A stretch of 64,000 nucleotides of DNA. Origin: Bugula neritina. Its lineage: Eukaryota > Animalia > Bryozoa. Shown piece by piece: positions 10,701-21,742 of the stretch; position 1 is the stretch's first letter; the number at the start of each line of letters is the position of its first letter. Position numbers and translations under genes: made by a program. Below the pieces are notes generated by a model. That model did not search any database. It was not told the origin of the DNA and saw only the letters and a list, made by a program, of their open reading frames with translations. The stretch lies in contig OZ037768.1 of NCBI GenBank assembly GCA_964035545.1, positions 5,178,741-5,242,740 on the forward strand. Reading direction: 5' to 3'.

Positions 10701-13164
10701 AATGTTTATACTTGATGGTGTTTTTATTTATTCGGTAGAGGTTTATAATATTCCTATATAATTGCTTTATTTTATCTTAGAATAGTTTCACAATGCATCT
10801 TCCAGTGATGTGTGCTATTCATTATTTTCAGCCTTCAACTTCTAGGGCAGTGTATTTTAGTTGGCATATGTGAAATGGTATGCATGTGCTGATTGTTAAC
10901 AGATTAAAAAGTCAAGAAACAGTGTTATTTCTAATCTAAAACATTCAACTATTACAGAAAATAGTGGAAGAATAAAGTTTGGGCTTTGTTCTACCATGTT
11001 GCAAAACCTGGCTGCAGGGGAGCAAGTTCACGCTTACGTTAACAGGTGAGCCAGGCTCCAGATACACCCACACAATGCATGTTAATCTCGTTAGCTTTAA
11101 ATTATTTTCTGCCATCATAACTAGATACATATGAGTATATTAAAGAAGTATAAAATAACACTTAGGACTCAATCATCGTATATAGACATGCCTGCTCTGA
11201 ATTTAATTATGACTTGAAAACGCATTTTGAATATTGCATGTTTGTTTATGGAATACTAAGAATTATATATCAAAAAATCTAGTCAATTTTTTACCGATGT
11301 TCATACTAATTTTTTATGTTTTGAGCACGAGTAATGTTTCTATGATGGTGTTTTATCTTTTATAAAAGCTTTAGGGTGGTTTGAAAGTTGAAGATTTTCA
11401 TTTAAGTTGCAGCTTCAACTTGTTGAAGTAGTACAATACACTCATCATATGTGTTTATAAGTTCTATTATATGTTGTGTCTATGCTATAAATAACCGGGT
11501 ATGCTATAATTAGTCTGGTATGCTATAATTAGCCTGGGGTGTTATAATTAGTCTGGTATATGATTTGCTCATATTTAGATCTCCAGGGTTTCACCTTCCA
11601 TCTTCTCTCTCTCATCATGTAATAATGGTAGGAGCTGGTAGCGGTATGGCACCATTTAGAGGTTTCTGGCAGCACAGAGGTTCCATGAAGGGAACATATG
11701 GTAAGCCAACCATACCGGTTCAATGCAGTTGTTCTATTCAACTATCATACAAATAAACATATAGAAATACACTATGCTTAATGTAATGTCATGGCGCAAT
11801 CTGGTGTCTCAAAATTTGAAACTCCCTATAATGAGCAATTCTCACCAGCCTGGGTTACTTTTCACAATTTTCGTAAATTTTCATTTAGGATGTAGTACAG
11901 CTCTCTGATTCAGTCAATCTTTCTATAAATTAGAAGTTTAATGATGGAGATTCCGTTGGTAACTTATGAATTAGTTGCGGGTATTTTGGTCTAAAAAAAT
12001 AAGGCTGTATTTAGGGGCAGGAGAACTACATCTCTTCCAAGGATGCAGAACAAAGTCTTCACTTCTACATGCTGAAGAAATCAACGGAGCTGTGAATTCT
12101 AAAGTCATCACTTCTAGTGTGACAGCTTTCTCCAGAGAGAAGCACCTTGCAAAGGTGAAAATCATTTTTGTATCTGATTAAATTAAATTTTTCCGGGACA
12201 AACTAGCTTCCACTTCATGTATCTCAATAGAAATTGAAATATTTCATGCATGAGAAAACAACTATGAGGTTATTATCCTTGTAGTTCTTTTATAGTTGTC
12301 AGTTGTCCTAATTCTAGTTATGCCTTAGACTTTAGAGCATATTTATGCTTTGGATTTATAAGCAGTAATCTGCAACCTTTATATATGCTATCCCAGTGAC
12401 CCTGAAGTTTATTTAGTTTATAATAGCCTTGGCTTTCATTACATATTTTGGTTTGGGGTACGGGTTGAAATTCTGACGAAAAAATATGTTCTTTTACTAC
12501 ATTTTCTATTTAGAACACAGGTTTTCCCAATTCCATTACTACACCTTCCTCATCTAACTGCAGGTTAACACACTAAACTAAACCAATGTGATTGTAGCAT
12601 CATATTAACCTCCAATTGTTAAGTAACCTAAGGTTCTGATGAGTTTGCTCGGGCTACTTCGGATGTACCTGCAATGTGCTTAGGTGTCAAACTAGAAGTT
12701 TGACCACAACGCATATTCATTAGTCAATGGCTTACACAAGAAATGACTTGCAAATAAAACACGGCTATAAAACCTCAATATTCACATTTCAAATAATTAA
12801 AACTAAATTACAGGATTTCATCTGATTTGAATTTCTAATTTCTACTTTATGTACGATCTAAACAATATACCCTTGACTTTGCTCTAAACTTTAACAAGTA
12901 CTTTCTCCAACACAGGCCTATGTCCAAGATAAACTACTGGAGTGTAGAGAGTTAATAGAGGAACTGCTTTTAAAAAAGAAAGCTCATTTCTATGTGTGTG
13001 GAGATATCAAGATGGCTATCGGTGTGTCAAAGGCAGTGAGCACTATACTAGCTGGCAGCACTAGAAATGGTGATATGACAGCATCTGATGGAGAACTGGA
13101 TTATGTGGAAATAATGAAACAAGAAGGACGTTATCATGAAGATATATTTGCTGTACTCGTTTAG
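1740..13164 (+). CDS. NOS: Nitric oxide synthase, tandem copy A (about 1062 aa with the micro-exon)
   Basis: Hand-spliced exons: 1740-1850, 2593-2735, 3033-3189, 3470-3561, 4062-4238, 5035-5136, 5244-5415, 5497-5598, 5771-5965, 6088-6176, 6637-6781, 7330-7434, 7563-7630, [7758-7772 candidate micro-exon], 8021-8195, 8408-8528, 8615-8693, 8983-9158, 9603-9757, 10282-10492, 10958-11045, 11579-11700, 12015-12154, 12916-13164. All introns are GT-AG with matching phases. Motifs: DTLHHK, Zn CSNSVC, heme [116 protein letters not shown]. Confidence 0.96.
7235..7288. repeat. Short tandem duplication (about 23-bp unit TGCTGAGTTGAAGCAGTATTATTA, 2+ copies)
   Basis: Read directly in intron 11 of copy A. 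Confidence 0.85.
7758..7772 (+). CDS. Candidate 15-nt micro-exon of NOS copy A
   Basis: ttttacag|ATCATCAAATTGCAG|gtaatg. It is symmetric phase 2-2 and yields ...[15 protein letters not shown], restoring the usual Arg before Y/F-S-V-F-G. 68+15 = 83 nt equals the length of the equivalent single exon in copy B. Confidence 0.6.
8673..8806 (+). repeat. 70-bp tandem duplication spanning the exon 16 end and donor of NOS copy A
   Basis: TTTAGTATCTCCATATGCCAGGTA.CTATGGTTGTGT...TAATAGAATACATTGATTCTGG occurs at 8673 and again at 8743. Confidence 0.93.
11481..11558. repeat. Degenerate tandem repeat (about 20-bp unit ATGCTATAATTAGTCTGGT, 4 copies)
   Basis: Read directly, just upstream of the exon 21 acceptor of copy A. 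Confidence 0.8.
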
Positions 13165-16100
13165 TCTGTTTCTTTGGCCAGTATTTCTAATCATCTTCAT
13201 GGTTTACCATGTACATGGTATTTATATGGCCTTTAAAACTTCAGGTAGAAACTTGATGCCTTTGACAAGTTTATTTGATAAACAAGAATTTAGTGGCGGT
13301 TGAAAACAATACACTCGAGTGTTTAATAGTTATAGCAAAACTATTTCTATTTTTTATTTTCTTTACAAACGAGCTTGCTGCAACAAATTTTTATTCTCAA
13401 TATTTCAATATCTTTTATAACCGCAACTTGTTTCCCAAACAACTATAGAACTACGGCTAAAAGTGTTCTTAGTATCAATGTTGCTTTTGTCTGTTCTTTT
13501 CGTTATTTTCTTAGTTTATTCGATATTATTTGTGCAACAACTGTTTTATTTTGATATTATATGACAGTCTTGGTGAATTATATACTGTCTGTCACTATCT
13601 TATCACTCTTATATACAATAGTGAAGTAATGCATAATATGTTTTATTTGAAATAGTTCATCAATTATATTCAGTTAATGTATATATCTATATTTATTGTA
13701 ATTCTCAAACATGGATCAAATCTTGACTATGGTTACTATTGTGATAAGCAAATAATGTATATTTTATTTTTATATGGTAAATGCATATATGTCACTACAC
13801 TTTTTTGTTGCTTCGAATCATATTAAGAAATATTTTATAATTTTTTACTAATAAAGCATTATTATTATCTTCATTTTATATGAAAACATAGTTGGGTCAT
13901 TAAAACATTCCAATACGTTCTACAATCTATTTACTGTTCTATGCCATGTAATTCTTAGCATTTCAGTTCATATAGATGTCTTACTGTACAAGGGTATATA
14001 TATTGGTATTATGAAGTTGTCTTCTCATTTGCATAGGAAACAACTTCACATACTCCTTAACAGTGTTAGATGGCAGTTTAGGCGATCTGTGTGTTTAAAC
14101 TTTAAACTAGAATCAGATAATGTTTGGAGATTTATTACAGTTTCTTCTACTCGCTGCATTTAGCCAACACCTCTGTAATTTAATTTTAAACATTTAAAAC
14201 AAATTTTCCCACATTTGGATATAATTATATGTAGAAACCAACTAGCCAAATTTATCCCACAAGCAGTTTATTTGCAAGACGCAAATATAAAAGCCTATTG
14301 TATCATCCTTTGACCTTGGTGGTATGCATGTATGGTCAGTGATTGTACAGTGAATGGGAATGATTAAAGAACAATATTTGCTTGCAGTTGTGAATGTGTG
14401 GGCTGCAAATTGCTTGCATGTAAATGCCCCAGATTGAGACATTTCTGGTTAATGGTATATATTATGATTTCGGCTAAGATTGTAACTTAAAAACTGTTTT
14501 TCTTTGCCTATGAATTTGTAAAATATGCTACAAAGGCTTTGCTTTATAGTCAAATGTTTGATCTGAACATTACGGCATTCCTGATCATAGCATCCCATAG
14601 CATAACATATCATAGCAAGGAACAGAAATTCACCTTGTATACAAAATACTTGTTGGAATCTCGTAATACATCGAAGCAGTAAAAAGTAATGTGACAGAGA
14701 AAGTTGTGATATGCATTTGGAAAAGCTCTATTATGCCACGGTAAGGTTTGAACCTCACTGCTTGCATAATAGCACCGAAAAAGTTGAACTTATCTTCACT
14801 TCCAAGAATTGTCCTTTTTTCCTTTTCAAATAAAGTATAGCATCACAAATTAGATTTGGTATATAAGTAAAACTTTCGTTTGCTAACTAAGTGCTAAAAT
14901 GATGAAAATAATCTAATTTTGATGTAAGCTCTGATTTAATATTATAAGCAGCTTTTTCAAGGTCAACATTTTGGTTTAGACAACTTATAGCAAATGTCTT
15001 CAACTGACTAGTTTCAACCTTCTAGTAATTTTGGTCTAGAAGCAGATGTAGGCAATTAAATTACATGACATCTTCAACTGGGAATAATTTGCTTTGAATG
15101 AGATGTATTTGCTATTAATAAAAATATAAAGACTATCTAATTAAATTCTATAAACAAATTTAGTGCTACATATGAAGAGTTAGAGCTAATGTTTAAACCT
15201 CACCCACTGGTGGGAAAAGTTACATGAAGCCTCTTGGCAAAATTTAAACTTCAACTTTATTAATGAGGAGCAGACTGGTTTTAGATTTTATTCTCTCAGA
15301 GTTACAGAGAGAGGCTGTTGCTTTTTTAATCTGAGCAGCTTTAATGCAGAGTTTACTAACTTGTCAATCACTTGTCACTAAACAATAATGATTTGTCTCT
15401 TGAAATAGATGACCTAGGCTGCAGTGATTCCTATAATTAGTATGTATACTGATCAGCACTGTCTGTGTAATATTGCCACATAGCAATGCAGGTATTCTTC
15501 TTGCCTTTAATTTCTTTTAGCTAAAAGTATGCAGGAATTTATACCTGCTTTTCTGCATAAGCATTGCTTATAGTGCGGTTTTGCTTTCAATATTACTTGA
15601 CGGCACATCTTAACAATATTAATGGCTTCAGGCTTGTGATTTTTGAGCTTAGTACAATTAGCTTTATTTATTAGAGTTACGAAAAATCTTGCATTTAACT
15701 TCCACTTAAAGTAAAACATAGCTATAGAATTTTCATTAACCTAACTGTAAAAGATGCAAAATTTATTACCTCTGCTTTTTAAAGTTTGGCTACATTATTT
15801 ATCTGCTTGTAGAATCTTTAACAAAATAGATAGATGAGTGATTTCCTTTAATCCTGTAGTATAACAATTATAACACCATTAGAGTTACAGCAAGGCTAGC
15901 TGTATTGGCCGTAAAGTTATAAAAGCTGCCAGCAATGGCTGTGGAAAATTACCAACATTGCAACACTTAAAACTGGGTTAAAAGACAGCAACACATCTGT
16001 TATTATTGTCTCATTCACATCAAGTGTCAATCTTTCAATGAACTTCTGTGGAGGCTGGGAATACAGAACATAACAATATGTGGTTTAGAACTTGTGGAAA

Positions 16101-19100
16101 GAGTTGTATTAATTCTCATTCAAAGGTTAATGGTAACATCATAACAAAATTACATGTGAGTGTATTTTAACAGCAAGACCACAAATTTTACAAAGTATCA
16201 AAACTTTAAACTCTACTTGCCATATCTTCATGAGAAATTGAATTATTTCATCACAATCTAAAAGGATTTAATGGCATAAAAGGTGGTATAAAAATGTTTT
16301 TCTAATAAAAAATGTCAAAATACTCATAAAACTGCTGCATATAAGATCGATGTTTTCAATGAATTAAAATAAATGAGAAATAGTATGCTTCAATAGCATC
16401 TTGACCTAAAGTTCAAATCAGGTATTAGAATAAACACCTTTGCATGTGTGTGATTAAAGAAAGCAGCTGCTGAATTCACTAGACTCTAGAGTCTAGACTC
16501 TAGTCAAGTGTGAAGGCATGTTAAATAGAGTAGAGCATTAAGGTGTTTGGTAGTTCATCGGCATATATAACTGAAATAGAAGGCATCATATAATATAATC
16601 ATATATTGATATAATAATATATATAATAATATATTCAGGTTAGACAGTGCCGGCATTATAGACTGCACAATGTTATTCTAATAGAAGCTGAAGTAAAGCA
16701 TGTCTGATAAAGCCACCAATGTTAAAATACAGTTAGTATTCTTATGGTTTTAGCAGCCAACAAAAAATGAGTCTGACATATCAGTTATAGTGTTATACTG
16801 TTACGAAGTTAGCATGCATGCAACTGATGCAAATGGCAAGCCGGTGGTTTGCCGGCTGCTCTCTACACTCTATATTATAGTCCTACTTATTATGGCCTGA
16901 TGATAGACAAATCAAAACTAACTCTGAAGACCAAACTGCTAGTACTAAAACAGCTTTAGTGCTAACTTCAATGTTTGAAAAATGAATAAAAATTTAATAG
17001 TTTCTAGTATTACTAACAGTTGATGGATGCTTGCACAGCACTTGAAGAAAAGACATTCAGTATTCTCTTTCAGTTGATATCATGAAGTATAGTAGCAGGT
17101 TTGGTGAAAAAATCTTGTCAACTTTAATAAAGCACTATCTTCAGAAACTCCAGCAGACTATCTTGCAGCAGCTGAGATAAGGACTAGTCACATACAATAG
17201 TTAATTGCAATTTATTAACTTCACTGGAATCAAGATAATATATTTACTATTAACATTAGTGAAACCTAGCACCATCGTTAGAGAGTAAATCAGAAAGTTG
17301 GTAAAACCTTTCATTTACCTGGGAGATAATACAAAACTTGATCACAATGTTGGTCAAAGTATTGACACTGTTTCTATAAATAAGTTATAATATGCTTATA
17401 GTTCTATTTTTTGCCAATAACCTATTTGTCTGTCACTCAAGTATTTGCCTGGACTAACATTTTATGAAGCCATCACTCATTCCAAGGGCTTCCAATCTAC
17501 CCTGGGCTACATAACTTCTTATCAAATCATAAATCTGTTCCGATCAAAGCTCATTCTCAATTAAGCTAATTCTCCTGGTCCACCCTCTTTTAGCAGGGCG
17601 GTGGGGTTGACGAGTTTTCCAAATTTTTCTGAAAGTACTTTACAATGTAGCGATTAAATACATAGATTAAGTCTACATGAAAATTTTTTAATGAAGATAT
17701 AATTTTTGCTATTTAGTTTTTAAGCAATACAAGAATAAGGTCATAAAATACTGGTTACTAATTGGCTACCATACAGTTTGTAGTCAGAGGATCCCCCTGG
17801 TGAGCAGACAGCAATAAGTGATATTTTGCGCCTCTTTTCTGGCCTAGCTGTTTCTCCAGAAGTACCAGTGCATGAATAAAGCTTAAGTTGTTTATATCAA
17901 CAGAATCTGCTGCCTAATAATCGTCTTTCAGATTATTATGTATGTTAGGGATGTCGCCTATAGTTTAGAGTTTGAGTTCCATTTTTCTGTTTTTATGTGA
18001 TTTAGTATTTGCCTTGAAGTAGTAGAGAACTACAGATGTTGGTAAAAGGTGCTGTCTAACTTGCAAAAGATGAAAAAGTCAGGTACTTATTTTTAAAAAT
18101 ATGGGCAATATTTTAATACATAAATAAAGCTGCAGCATATTTCTAGAGGTAAGATCTAACAAGCTGGAGCTATTTACTAGGTAGCCATGAACTAACAGCC
18201 AAGGGTCAAGGTACAGCATGACATATAGGATAAAACGGGAAGCTGGAAAGGGTGGACTATTCATCATTCAGTCTGGTAAGCATGAAATAGTCAACGGCTT
18301 TTTAATTATTTGTCAGGGAAGGTTGTGCCAGGACTGCAGTATTTGTGCAGGATTTTCTTGATTAATTATCATTTTAATTCCACTAAGGTATTATTTAGAC
18401 CGAGTTTTAGTCATTTATATGATTTATTGGAACAAATTTAACCTACTCTTCATACATAATAGCTTTAAAGCTAGTGAAGAACATGGTCCTTCACCTGTAA
18501 ACAGCTGGCGTGTCTATAGAGTTATAATTAACAGGGAGTAGTTGTTTTTTGTCAAGTATCTGAACAACCCAATTATGAGACTTAATTGTCTGGGCTTCAT
18601 AATGCATTTTATTATACTATTGTATTGTATGGAGTCAATTTACTCAAATAATTTGCATGTTCCTTCTTATAGCATCTATATATTTCTATCCTACCTGTAA
18701 CTTTCCGGTGGTTATTTTGTCATGTCTTCAAGTTAACAATTTGTAAGTTTATAAACTTTATACAACATGATTCTAGAAAAAATACCAACTTTTCTTCTGT
18801 CATAAATTCATTTACTGGCCAAAATAATGTCAAATTTGTTAACAGTTATTAAAATCTATTATAAATGATGCCATAGGAAACCTCTGTTAGATTTATCTAT
18901 TGTATTCCGATTTTGATGATTTCTCATTTTCCAGCAAATTATATTATCAATAATTCATGTCATAATCTGTACAATAATTCAGGTTTAACTATTTGATACT
19001 TGGTCTCTGGGAGGACTGAAGAGCTGTAAAGTAGGTCAAACATCTGCAGAAGTTGCATTTCAAGGTCAGCCAATTGAATAAGATATATTCCTATGAATGA

Positions 19101-19332
19101 CTTCAGCATTATCTATGAAAATTGCTTTGGCTGGTTTGTATGCCACAATATAACAGATATGATAAGAAAACTAATGATAATATCAATAACTGATTTAGTA
19201 TTGTAATTTTAACTTCCAATTTGGATTTAGCTTTAATCTATTAAACATGTTGGGAACTTTGCTTGGCTGAGAAGTTTTCCAGCCAGTGAACCTTGTATAC
19301 CACAATCTATAGCTACCGCTTATACAATGCAT

Positions 19333-19597
19333 GCACGTGTAGCTGTGTCACACTCACTCCCAAATGTCTGCCATCTCTATGCGCGCCTCAAATGCATGAT
19401 TGGGCCAGGCACCAGTTGTACAAATTCAAGTTTGAAAATACTGGACTGTGAGTGGCTGAAACATAAGTTATAGATTATAATGGTATTCTTTAGCAAGTTT
19501 TTCTATCCTTGAAGACATTTTGCAGATAAACATCGTAGCCTCTTCACAAGAACTGCTGCAAGACACGGCCTAACGCAAATCTCCTTCAAAAGTAAGT
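19333..19597 (+). promoter_or_regulatory. Putative promoter and non-coding first exon of NOS copy B
   Basis: Locally GC/CpG-richer patch with GCACGTG (19333), AAATGCATG, a 29-bp block shared with copy C (19436-19464) and a consensus donor |GTAAGT at 19592. The ATG exon starts at an acceptor 1 nt before the ATG, so an upstream exon is expected. Confidence 0.55.
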
Positions 19598-21742
19598 AAC
19601 GGTATTTGTCATCTAATTTTATCACAGTGTTGACTTTTACAGTAAATTAAAGATAAATTTTATATTTCTCTTGTTATCTAATTGTTAAAATTAAATACCA
19701 AATGGTAACATGAAATTGAATACTGAATTAGACAAAATAAATACCGATTAATTGTAATTGAAAGAGTTAAGATCAGCTGACAGAATATGTTGCTGGTGAT
19801 GTGAAATATAAATATTTCTGCCATTCTGATGCACTAAAAATTTACAAATTTTATCTGGTGCAGCAAAAATCACAGAATTGTAGATAAATTTGATGCAGTA
19901 ACCTCTCATTTGGAGTATAATTTTTTTACTGTCTAATATAAATATGCACTTTTCAAGACACAAATGTGCTTATTGTTATATTAGATTCCATTTTATTTTC
20001 TTAAATTTCTGATTAAAAACGTATTGTTCTACTTGCATATTATATTAATCATTATGAAGGTTTTAAATTTATTTATTTAGTTTTTAGTATTTTTATATTT
20101 GTTATATTCTGCAAGTTAATACACTGTATTTATTAAAATTAAGAAAATATATTTTATACTTTGATTAAGCTAATTAAATCTACGCATTAAAACATAGTGC
20201 AAAATATATACAACAGGTAGGATAATAATATCGTAATGTTAAAATAGCTATTACAAACGCAGCAGATCAATCCCAAGTACCAGGAAGCAATATTTTTATT
20301 TATTGCCAGTATAATAACAATACATATGTAAAATAATAAATAATTTAAACTCAAACTATTGACTCAAGAATAATCGTCCACATAGTTTCAATCATTAGGT
20401 ACAACATTTTTTCAACAGGTATGAGACCATTTTTTTTAATTTAATTGTTTTTGAAATTTTCATTGTTTTCAGAGTTGTGTATGCAAGCATAGCACTTATT
20501 CAATGATACATTTGCACACTGTTATACTGTTATAGCCATATTTCCTTTTGGCATCAAAGCTATTCATATGACAATTTTGACTTTAAAGGCAAGGTCATGT
20601 TAATGAGCTACCCATTGACATGGGCAAAAAACAAGATCACCGAGTAGGTTGAATTTTAAATATTTATAAATTATTTATTCAGTAGATTTTCAATGGTGGA
20701 ATATTTGGTAGATAAATGTTTAGATGATATGTCAACAACCACAGTGCCTGTAGGTGGTCATAAATGGGTAGAGCCATGATCTGTTATTGCACCTGCAATG
20801 TTGCTATCCAAATGACCGTATCTCCATGCATGTATCAAATAACATGTACAAAACACACAGCATGAGTCTGGACAATATGGTTTTGGTTAATATAAATAAT
20901 ACTGTTAGTCTGTTGTAAGTTACTTGCTGCGACAGCACTGCAGTGACGGCATCATTAAATCAGCAGGGCATGTCACAAGGCTGCATAACTTGCTAACCTA
21001 GTGGCTGATAAGGTTTCACGTGTGTGTGGTGGTTGACCTATATGTCGTTCAACGACCTTCATATCAAAGGACCGCAATACCAGTAGATTCGCGTAGCCCA
21101 TTTGGATAGCTCATGGCACATTCACAACCATGCAGTCTGATGACCCCAATACTGCCCTTATTATCATGCTGCTACATTATAGTATATTATAGTATTATTA
21201 TGTTATGCAATATTATAACCATTCATTTTATAAACATATGGTAAAGGTACCTGCATAGGTATCTTAAGATTACACAAATTAAGATAACACTGAAATTAAT
21301 AAAATAAGTATTGCAAATAGTAATAGTATATTGCCATAAATTTGTTCAAATAAAAATTCACACTATATGAAAAAGTTGATTTTTAATAAACTTATTTGAG
21401 TAGCAGAATATGGGTCTTTCAGTTAAATTGTTTTATAAAGAAGATAGTGGCATGTACCATGATTAACAAAATCAACTTCATTTCATTATTATAACACACC
21501 TAGTGAAGTTCTAAAATTTAGTAGTTCTGTCCTAGTTTATACCTTTTGTATTTCTCACTTAATTTTTTTTAAAAAGGTGCAAATTTACAATAAATTAAGT
21601 AGGTCATGCAGTAAAAATTAATGCTATACACTATGCCATGGGTGTATATACTACTCTCTTATATATAGACACACTGTAACAGTTGCATACACACAGAAAT
21701 AGAGAATTTATACACTATTAAATATATTTAAGTTATTTTAGG

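Noticed and set aside
12630-12680. Hammerhead ribozyme or C/D snoRNA at CTGATGA cores (also near 16897)
   Set aside because: No properly placed GAAA with stems II/III, and no D box with a terminal stem.
13165-13900. AU-rich elements in NOS 3' UTRs, as in iNOS
   Set aside because: ATTTA is ubiquitous at this AT content and no clustered nonamers stand out.
16479-16503. 18-bp perfect palindrome CTAGACTCTAGAGTCTAG (and an inverted pair near 63172-63233)
   Set aside because: Isolated, and explainable by local slippage or a decayed MITE. No supporting context.
17700-19300. Very decayed minus-strand LINE (PPESYR-like and LFRYLTKNNY-like fragments)
   Set aside because: Only scattered short motifs with no continuous frame. 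It needs a translated search against RT profiles.
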